Under the pieces are notes generated by a model. It saw only the letters and a program-made list of their open reading frames with translations. It was not told the DNA's origin and searched no databases. A stretch of 64,000 bases of DNA. Origin: a virus (lineage: Duplodnaviria; Heunggongvirae; Uroviricota; Caudoviricetes). The translations under genes and the position numbers were made by a program. The stretch is taken from the IMG/VR virus record IMGVR_UViG_3300042894_004034, positions 1-64,000 of that record; one strand, written 5' to 3'. This document shows positions 57,955 to 64,000 of the stretch, one piece after another. How positions within the stretch are numbered: position 1 is the first letter of the stretch; each line of letters starts with the position of its first letter.

Positions 57955-58786
57955 CCTCCATCTGGAGTTTGGTGACCTTGACTTTGCCAACACAGAGTCA
58001 GCACAGGTTCTGATTCTCTCAGGCGATATCTGTGTGGCCAAAGACATGGTTGCACATGACACCGTTGAAGTGCTGGGCATAGATGGCCGCAGCGGTCGCT
58101 ATCACAAATTCTTCCAACGCTGTTCAGAACGGTTTGAGCATGTGGTGTACATTGTGGGCAATCATGAGCACTACAATCATGACTTTGCAAAAACTATTCC
58201 ACGCCTTAGAGATGTGTTGAGTTATTTGCCTAACCTGCACATTATGGAAAAAGATTCGCTTGATATCGGTGACATCACGTTTCTGGCTGGCACGTTATGG
58301 ACAGACATGAATCGCGAAGATCCGCACACCTTGTATGCTATTCGCGGCTACATGAACGATTTTCGTTGCATCACCAACAGCGCCAAAGACACCCACTTTC
58401 GTGACACAGATGGCAACTTTCATACTCGTGTGTCCAGATTTAGTCCTGAAGACACTGTGGAAGAACACAAGGCCATGCTGGAGTTTGTGAACACTGCTAT
58501 CACAGCCCGACCTGATCGGCAGTACGTGGTTGTGGGTCATCACAGTCCCAGCAAGCTCAGTACCAAGCCACAGTACGAGGATGACCAAATGGTGAATGGT
58601 GCATACAGCAGTGACCTAAGTGAGTTTATTCTTGATCATCCGCAGATTCGACTGTGGACACATGGACACACTCATCATGAGTTTGATTACCTGGTTGGTA
58701 CCACCAGGATTGTTTGTAACCCACGTGGCTATGTCGGTTATGAGCAGCAGGCCACTGACTGGCGATTGCTGACTGTTGAGGTATGA
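57932..58786 (+). CDS. calcineurin-like metallophosphoesterase
   Basis: ISVCSDLHLEFGDL, LSGDI, GNHEHY, GHHSP, HGHTHH motifs. Start taken at ATG 57932. Confidence 0.6.
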   Translation: MKISVCSDLHLEFGDLDFANTESAQVLILSGDICVAKDMVAHDTVEVLGIDGRSGRYHKFFQRCSERFEHVVYIVGNHEHYNHDFAKTIPRLRDVLSYLPNLHIMEKDSLDIGDITFLAGTLWTDMNREDPHTLYAIRGYMNDFRCITNSAKDTHFRDTDGNFHTRVSRFSPEDTVEEHKAMLEFVNTAITARPDRQYVVVGHHSPSKLSTKPQYEDDQMVNGAYSSDLSEFILDHPQIRLWTHGHTHHEFDYLVGTTRIVCNPRGYVGYEQQATDWRLLTVEV

Positions 58787-58977
58787 CAGAATTGTCCCTG
58801 ACTCGAGAACAAGTGCAACAGCTGGCAACATTTTTTGCTCTGGACTTGAGTATTCACGGTGTGACCATACGTGAGAGTCACGACAACGGCATTGGAACCA
58901 GCCATCGCGCCACGTTACACAAGACTGAAGCGGCACGTGATTTTGAAGCAGACATTACTGATGTCTCAAACTGGTAA
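58783..58977 (+). CDS. hypothetical small protein
   Basis: ORF. Confidence 0.35.
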   Translation: MTELSLTREQVQQLATFFALDLSIHGVTIRESHDNGIGTSHRATLHKTEAARDFEADITDVSNW

Positions 58978-58984
58978 GGAACTT

Positions 58985-59164
58985 ATGACTGAACTTGAAA
59001 CTTTGTTGAAAACACATGACTGGGGTCATGCAGGATACGTTGCTCGCCCTGCGCTGGATCAGGCCATGCGAGCCACGGCCGGTGCAGAAGCTGCTGCACT
59101 GTGGGAAAAATACTGTCCTTGGAGCATGACCAATGGCGGATACATTGCTTGGAGCGACATATGA
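58985..59164 (+). CDS. hypothetical small protein
   Basis: ATG with SD AAGGAA. The longer table ORF from 58871 overlaps the upstream gene. Confidence 0.35.
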   Translation: MTELETLLKTHDWGHAGYVARPALDQAMRATAGAEAAALWEKYCPWSMTNGGYIAWSDI

Positions 59165-59868
59165 AAGTGTATATTTCGAAATATCGTAGTCACTGGATCT
59201 CACCTTACACAATCTTGGACTATGCGTTTTTTTGGACTGACTGGTCAAAGTGCAGTCGGGACAAACGCATTCTTGGACTTGACACAAAATATATTGAGCA
59301 TCCCGACTGGGTGGAACGCTGGAGTGATCGACTAGAACCTGTCAGTAAAGGTATCATGTGGGTGTTGGATCGTGTGCATCCGCCTATCAACTACATCAAG
59401 ATTGATCACTATGACACCTGGAGCATGGATTCGACTCTAAGCCCTGTCATCTTGCCCATGCTCAAACAACTCAAGGCGGTCAAGCATGGTAGTCCACATG
59501 TGGACGATGAGGATGTGCCTGAAAACCTGCGCAGCACCGCAGCACCGGCCAAAGAAAACGACTGGGACACAGATGGCAATCACTTTGCTCGGTGGGACTG
59601 GGTCATGGACGAAATGATCTTTGCATTTGAGTGCAAGGTAGATGACTCCTGGGAAGAGGCTTTCCGTTCAGGAGATCATGATATAACATGGATTCCCGTA
59701 GATGCTGACGGCAATCAAGTGCCCAAGGGCGAACACAAGTATTACCAGATGGGCAAAGGCCCCAAGGACACCTACCAGTGTGACTATGAGGGTATGCAAG
59801 TGGTAGAAAAGCGCATCCAAAATGGCTTTAGATTATTTGGCAAGTACTATCAGGCACTCTGGGACTGA
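59161..59868 (+). CDS. hypothetical protein
   Basis: Start taken at ATG 59161 (overlaps upstream stop). Confidence 0.4.
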   Translation: MKVYISKYRSHWISPYTILDYAFFWTDWSKCSRDKRILGLDTKYIEHPDWVERWSDRLEPVSKGIMWVLDRVHPPINYIKIDHYDTWSMDSTLSPVILPMLKQLKAVKHGSPHVDDEDVPENLRSTAAPAKENDWDTDGNHFARWDWVMDEMIFAFECKVDDSWEEAFRSGDHDITWIPVDADGNQVPKGEHKYYQMGKGPKDTYQCDYEGMQVVEKRIQNGFRLFGKYYQALWD

Positions 59869-59907
59869 TCCAGACACTGCCGACCGTTCAACAACTCAAA
59901 GGAATCA

Positions 59908-60150
59908 ATGTTCACTCAAATGGCTCAGCAACTGTTACAACGTCACGAATCCAGTGCAGAACCCAACTCGATTGATCTAGACAGCTATCTAGACTGGCAA
60001 CGCAATCACACATTTGAGGCCCTACAAAACATACGTTATGGACAGAGTTTTTGCAATCACTTTGACATCACTGACAATCGTATTTTCTATGAACGTGACT
60101 GGACCCGCTGTGACAAACTGATTCGAAAAGAATGGCTGAGCCGTCCCTAA
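59908..60150 (+). CDS. hypothetical small protein
   Basis: ORF with SD AAAGGAA. Confidence 0.4.
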   Translation: MFTQMAQQLLQRHESSAEPNSIDLDSYLDWQRNHTFEALQNIRYGQSFCNHFDITDNRIFYERDWTRCDKLIRKEWLSRP

Positions 60151-60359
60151 ACAGGGTCACTATAAAAAATGCCACAGCTGATGATGCAATCAGGCTCAAG
60201 TATCAGCTGGTGCAAGATGGGCTGATTCCGGGGCAGGATTTTGAATGGTCCTGGGTGAGATTACAGGATCCCAACGACTTGTATCCTGTGGTACGAGTGG
60301 CGTATTTTGATTTTGTGAATCCTGTGTTGGCCACATTTTACCAGCTCAAGTGGACATGA
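60132..60359 (+). CDS. hypothetical small protein
   Basis: ORF. Confidence 0.4.
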   Translation: MAEPSLNRVTIKNATADDAIRLKYQLVQDGLIPGQDFEWSWVRLQDPNDLYPVVRVAYFDFVNPVLATFYQLKWT

Positions 60360-60374
60360 ACATAATTAATTGTA

Positions 60375-60611
60375 ATGCAAGTTGAACTAACAGGACCAGT
60401 AACAGAGAGTCGTGAGCGCAAGAGCTTTGAGTACTCCTGTGAGATCAACAAAAAGCTGGGCACACTGGATCGCATGCTGAACTGGTGCAGAACTGAACTA
60501 CTACACGACTGGCGATGGGAACTGGTGGGTTCAGGTGATGATCAGTGGCACTATATTTTCTATTTTGACACCGAACGCGATCTGTTTGCATTCACTCTAC
60601 AATGGCAATAA
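60375..60611 (+). CDS. hypothetical small protein
   Basis: ORF. Confidence 0.4.
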   Translation: MQVELTGPVTESRERKSFEYSCEINKKLGTLDRMLNWCRTELLHDWRWELVGSGDDQWHYIFYFDTERDLFAFTLQWQ

Positions 60612-60612
60612 C

Positions 60613-60885
60613 ATGAGCACAGAACAAGACAAATTTGACCACAGCCGCAGAAGGCTCAAAGATGACAATGCTGTAAAAAAGCAGACCCGAATTGCCAAAG
60701 GATTTGGTCTACCAGTTGACGAGCCACACAAGTTTGCCAAACGTCATGCCATGGATTGTGGCAAGCCAAAGTGTGTGATGTGTGGCAACCCCCGTAAAAC
60801 TTTCAAAGAGTTAACCCAGCAAGAAAAGCGACTGTTCCAGGACCTGGACCAGAGTCGCGGAACACCACCCGCAGAAACTGATTGA
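60613..60885 (+). CDS. small basic protein with CxxC...CxxC zinc ribbon
   Basis: MSTEQDKF... DCGKPKCVMCGNPRK. Internal Met start of table ORF 60535. Confidence 0.4.
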   Translation: MSTEQDKFDHSRRRLKDDNAVKKQTRIAKGFGLPVDEPHKFAKRHAMDCGKPKCVMCGNPRKTFKELTQQEKRLFQDLDQSRGTPPAETD

Positions 60886-60910
60886 CCTTTATTTGCCCGT
60901 ATGCTATAAT
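60882..60910 (+). promoter_or_regulatory. conserved sigma70-type promoter, family copy 7
   Basis: TTGACCTTTATTTGCCCGTATGCTATAAT. SD GGAG. ATG 60941. Confidence 0.55.
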
Positions 60911-60940
60911 CGAGCATATGACAAACACCGGAGCAGATCA

Positions 60941-61279
60941 ATGAGCGACGACCGTAAGGGCATCTTTGCTGTGATGTGGGACTGCAATGGTCTAGAAGCA
61001 GTGCAGGCAGTTCCGTACCCTGCAGACACTACCTTTGCCTTGCTCAAAGGCGACCAGCCGCCAGCCTTTCCCAAACTCATGCACTGGACATTGCGGGCTC
61101 GTTTCAACAGCCACCGCCACTACGAAATCTACATAATCACTGCCACCCCCGGCATTACAGAAGATGATGTTCGAGACATGTTTGACGCTGATCCGCAGAC
61201 AGCAGCAGACACCATAAGACGTATAGGTCAAAAGTACTACAGTGATCGCCAGGGACCTGGTCGCATAGCAATCACCTAG
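60941..61279 (+). CDS. hypothetical protein
   Basis: ATG 60941 after SD. The table ORF from TTG 60893 is the -35/spacer. Confidence 0.45.
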   Translation: MSDDRKGIFAVMWDCNGLEAVQAVPYPADTTFALLKGDQPPAFPKLMHWTLRARFNSHRHYEIYIITATPGITEDDVRDMFDADPQTAADTIRRIGQKYYSDRQGPGRIAIT

Positions 61280-61282
61280 TGG

Positions 61283-61311
61283 TTGACCATTATTGCCCAG
61301 AGTGCTATAAT
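61283..61311 (+). promoter_or_regulatory. conserved sigma70-type promoter, family copy 8
   Basis: TTGACCATTATTGCCCAGAGTGCTATAATGCACACA. SD GGAG. ATG 61343. Confidence 0.6.
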
Positions 61312-61342
61312 GCACACATACCGCAACAAACCGGAGTAAGAT

Positions 61343-61528
61343 ATGATTAAAGCAGTTGAAAGCAATCTTCCTATTGAACAACTCGAAATACTTCGCCCAA
61401 TTTTTAGAACTCTTGCCAAACTACAAAGCAAGCAACTTCGAATTCGTTTTCGCGGCCCACGTCGTGATACCATGCGTTTGTATTGTTTGAAACGTGATGC
61501 CGTTCGTTTCAGTGTTTACATAGATTAA
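61343..61528 (+). CDS. hypothetical small protein
   Basis: ORF downstream of promoter copy 8. Confidence 0.45.
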   Translation: MIKAVESNLPIEQLEILRPIFRTLAKLQSKQLRIRFRGPRRDTMRLYCLKRDAVRFSVYID

Positions 61529-61539
61529 AAGATAATAAT

Positions 61540-62115
61540 ATGAACAAGCTCGCTGATGCTATTAAAACGGTTATCCCTAATGTCGTCCAAGAATGGAATG
61601 ATATTAAACTTCCGTTGTTTGAACAACTTGTTGAACAAACTTTTAACAAGTATTTTGAAGGTCGCCAAACACAAGAAAAAACTAAAATGGTAGCTCCTAT
61701 ACTAGATAGTATTTTTGCTAGACATGTAAAAGCAATCATTCCAGAATTTGTTGTCTCAGAAGGTAAAGGTCAAGACTATCTATATGGTAGTATTCCTTTT
61801 GAAGGTAAGATTACATTTGGTAGCGGAGATAGTTGGACCGGGAACGGGTATAGCAAGACACCGTGGCATCTTCTTATGCGTTTCGAATTAACAGAACAAG
61901 GAAAGATTGTTAGCCAGTTTGCTATGATAACTGATCTTTCTCAATGCGAAAGTAATTGGACTGCCCCGGGAACAACTAGTAACTTTAGTACATTAAAATT
62001 TAAAGTCAAAGACATGGACAATCTTATTCCAATTATTGGAAAATTAAGTAATAAAACAAAGACAGGCAAAGATGCAACATATGTGTCAGCATTGATGGAA
62101 GCTGTCTATAAATAA
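61540..62115 (+). CDS. hypothetical protein
   Basis: ORF. Lower GC than neighbours. Confidence 0.45.
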   Translation: MNKLADAIKTVIPNVVQEWNDIKLPLFEQLVEQTFNKYFEGRQTQEKTKMVAPILDSIFARHVKAIIPEFVVSEGKGQDYLYGSIPFEGKITFGSGDSWTGNGYSKTPWHLLMRFELTEQGKIVSQFAMITDLSQCESNWTAPGTTSNFSTLKFKVKDMDNLIPIIGKLSNKTKTGKDATYVSALMEAVYK

Positions 62116-62119
62116 AATT

Positions 62120-63112
62120 ATGCAAACAAATATAATTCACTTACAAGATTGTGTGGAGGGCATGTTGGCATTGCCTCCGCACAGTGTAGACATTGTTGCT
62201 ACGTCGCCACCTTATAACTTAGGTATTGCTTACGGAACCTACAAAGACAATAAGCCGCGCCAGGAATATCTTGATTGGTTGGGCAAAGTATTTGAGGCAG
62301 TAAAGCATTGTCTCAAAGACGATGGACATTTTTGGCTCAACGTTGGTTACAGTAATATTGATCCCTGGGTCGGTATGGATGTAGCACAGGTTGCCCGGGA
62401 ACATTTTGTTTTGCAAAATAACTTTACCTGGGTCAAGAGCATTACAATCAACGATGTTACTACCGGACATTTCAAGCCCATCAATAGTGATCGTTTTGCT
62501 AATCCAACATGGGAACATCTGTTTCATTTTACTAAGGCAGGAGCAGTGCCTTGTGACAAATTAGCAGTGGGTGTTCCTTACATGTGGGACTGTAATATTG
62601 ACAACACCGGACGTATCAAAGGCCGCTTGGCTAAAAAGTTAGGGTTCAAAGATATCAAAGACTATAATAAAAACGCCACCACTGGACAAAAAGAAAATTT
62701 TGATATTGAAATTGCCAACAAAATTGCAAATCAAAAGCCCAAAGCAGATAGTAGATGTCGGGGTAATTCTTGGTTTGTTCCATATGATACTATTGCCAAC
62801 AGAGAAAAACATCGAGGAAGTCACCCTGCAACTTACCCAGTGGCATTAATTGAACAATGTATCAAATTTAGTGGGATTAGCAGCGGAGTGTTGGTTGATC
62901 CGTTTATGGGATCCGGAACTAGTGCCGTTGCCGCAGTTAAATGTGGCTTAGAATATATTGGGTTTGACATCGACACAGAATACCGACAGTTTGCACAGGA
63001 TCGAATTGCTGATTTTATCCAACAACTATCGGTGCCAGAAATAATTGAACCTACTAAGAAAAAATCCAAAACAATACAAATGGGCAATCCGTCTCTGTTT
63101 GAATTTACTTGA
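62120..63112 (+). CDS. DNA methyltransferase (beta-class N6-adenine or N4-cytosine)
   Basis: Motif IV VATSPPY precedes motif I VDPFMGSGTS, the beta-class order. Confidence 0.7.
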   Translation: MQTNIIHLQDCVEGMLALPPHSVDIVATSPPYNLGIAYGTYKDNKPRQEYLDWLGKVFEAVKHCLKDDGHFWLNVGYSNIDPWVGMDVAQVAREHFVLQNNFTWVKSITINDVTTGHFKPINSDRFANPTWEHLFHFTKAGAVPCDKLAVGVPYMWDCNIDNTGRIKGRLAKKLGFKDIKDYNKNATTGQKENFDIEIANKIANQKPKADSRCRGNSWFVPYDTIANREKHRGSHPATYPVALIEQCIKFSGISSGVLVDPFMGSGTSAVAAVKCGLEYIGFDIDTEYRQFAQDRIADFIQQLSVPEIIEPTKKKSKTIQMGNPSLFEFT

Positions 63113-63184
63113 CCAAATTACCTGGCCATTGACACAGCATTTTGATTATTTTAAACATTTAATTATCAACATAGAGAAATAATT

Positions 63185-63412
63185 ATGAGTACACTAATAT
63201 TCAACGGTCGTCCTTGGACAGTGTTTGACGCTCACAACAAACTACACCGTCAGTGGTTTGCAGAATTTCAACGAGACCGTACCTGGGGACATTGTCCTGT
63301 GCGATTCATGTCCGATGACCGTGAAGGCGATTTACTGACCATGATCCAACGCAGACTGATTGACTACTATCTTGCCAAGGAATTTGGCCTAGCAAAGAAA
63401 TCACGAGCATGA
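63185..63412 (+). CDS. hypothetical small protein
   Basis: ORF. Confidence 0.4.
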   Translation: MSTLIFNGRPWTVFDAHNKLHRQWFAEFQRDRTWGHCPVRFMSDDREGDLLTMIQRRLIDYYLAKEFGLAKKSRA

Positions 63413-63834
63413 ACAATTCTCAACTGTATTTTGCCTACGGCATGAATACCAATCATATTGAAATGTCCTTTCGATGCCCGGATGCTTTTGCCCTGGGCCA
63501 TGCTCGACTGATTGACCATGCTTTTAGATTTGCTGTTCATGCGGATGTAGTGCCATGTGCTGGCAGTTATGTGGATGGAGTGTTATGGAGAATCACCGAC
63601 CGAGATCTCGACAGCCTGGACATACTGGAAGGTTACCCCACCTACTATGGCCGGGATAGTTTGAGAGTGAGTATAGAATCAAGAATTGTTCAAGCCGTTT
63701 GCTACAGTATGCAGCCCGGGCGATCTGACTCCCCTCCCAGTGCCGGTTACATGAACATGGTGCTGGAAGGATATGCTCAGCACCATGTGCCAACTGAACA
63801 GTTGTGGAATTCGGTCGAGCTGGTTGACCAATAA
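63409..63834 (+). CDS. gamma-glutamyl cyclotransferase (AIG2/GGCT)-like protein
   Basis: N-terminal YFAYGMNTN matches the YFAYGSNM GGCT-fold signature. Confidence 0.5.
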   Translation: MNNSQLYFAYGMNTNHIEMSFRCPDAFALGHARLIDHAFRFAVHADVVPCAGSYVDGVLWRITDRDLDSLDILEGYPTYYGRDSLRVSIESRIVQAVCYSMQPGRSDSPPSAGYMNMVLEGYAQHHVPTEQLWNSVELVDQ

Positions 63835-63852
63835 TGCCCGAAGTGCTATAAT
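63824..63852 (+). promoter_or_regulatory. conserved sigma70-type promoter, family copy 9
   Basis: TTGACCAATAATGCCCGAAGTGCTATAATACACACA. ATG 63879. Confidence 0.6.
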
Positions 63853-63878
63853 ACACACACAGCAACAAAGGACACAGA

Positions 63879-64000
63879 ATGGAACATGCTTTCGAAGGCC
63901 CTGCAAAAGCTCGTGAGTTTTTGAGCAGCCTTATGCCTTCCATGATTGGCCAATTGGGCCTGGGTCGTAGCCGTCGAGCTTTGTTGGTAAAAATCACTCC
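63879..64000 (+). CDS. hypothetical protein (5' partial, runs off window)
   Basis: ORF MEHAFEGPAKAREFL... open to the window end. Confidence 0.4.
   Translation, partial: MEHAFEGPAKAREFLSSLMPSMIGQLGLGRSRRALLVKIT

Noticed and set aside
1-64000. CRISPR arrays, rRNA, integrase, transposase or prophage att sites.
   Set aside because: No spaced direct repeats of CRISPR type, no rRNA-like conserved tracts, and no recombinase motifs (R-H-R-Y tyrosine or serine recombinase) were seen. The only repeats are the promoter family and short leader motifs.

Overview
The window reads as roughly 64 kb of a large dsDNA bacteriophage genome, probably a contractile-tailed phage of a Gram-negative host. GC content is mid-40s percent. 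Genes are dense and short, they overlap at their ends, and almost all lie on the + strand. The host is possibly beta-proteobacterial, judged from a Neisseria/Burkholderia-type porin and a phasin-like gene.

Recognisable content:
- Replication and repair: a T7-type zinc-ribbon/TOPRIM primase, a DnaB/gp4-type helicase, an ATP-dependent DNA ligase, a PD-(D/E)xK nuclease, an HNH endonuclease, a UvdE-like endonuclease and a beta-class DNA methyltransferase.
- Nucleotide metabolism: class Ia ribonucleotide reductase NrdA and NrdB plus a CPYC glutaredoxin.
- Fe-S cluster assembly: IscU and IscA.
- Virion and tail: a pectate-lyase-fold tailspike, a PAAR spike-tip protein, and several large Thr/Asn/Ala-rich structural ORFs.
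- Host-like auxiliary genes, unusually many: a general porin, PstS, ClpX, two ClpP homologues, ClpS, Hsp20, an SPFH lipoprotein, a run of small lipoproteins including an entericidin-like peptide, a nucleotide-sugar dehydrogenase, a GT2 glycosyltransferase, an LpxH-like hydrolase, three metallophosphoesterases, a radical SAM enzyme next to an AsnB-like PP-loop protein, an amidinotransferase-like enzyme, a GNAT and a GGCT-like protein.

Transcription signals are prominent: nine near-identical 36-bp sigma70-type promoter elements, a perfect TTGACA-17-TATAAT promoter with a long leader, several clean rho-independent terminators, and Pho-box-like direct repeats upstream of pstS.

No rRNA, tRNA, CRISPR array, integrase or transposase was seen. 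All identifications come from reading motifs by eye. The ORF-table coordinates are reliable. Coordinates I derived by hand for promoters, terminators and small ORFs may be off by 1-2 nt.
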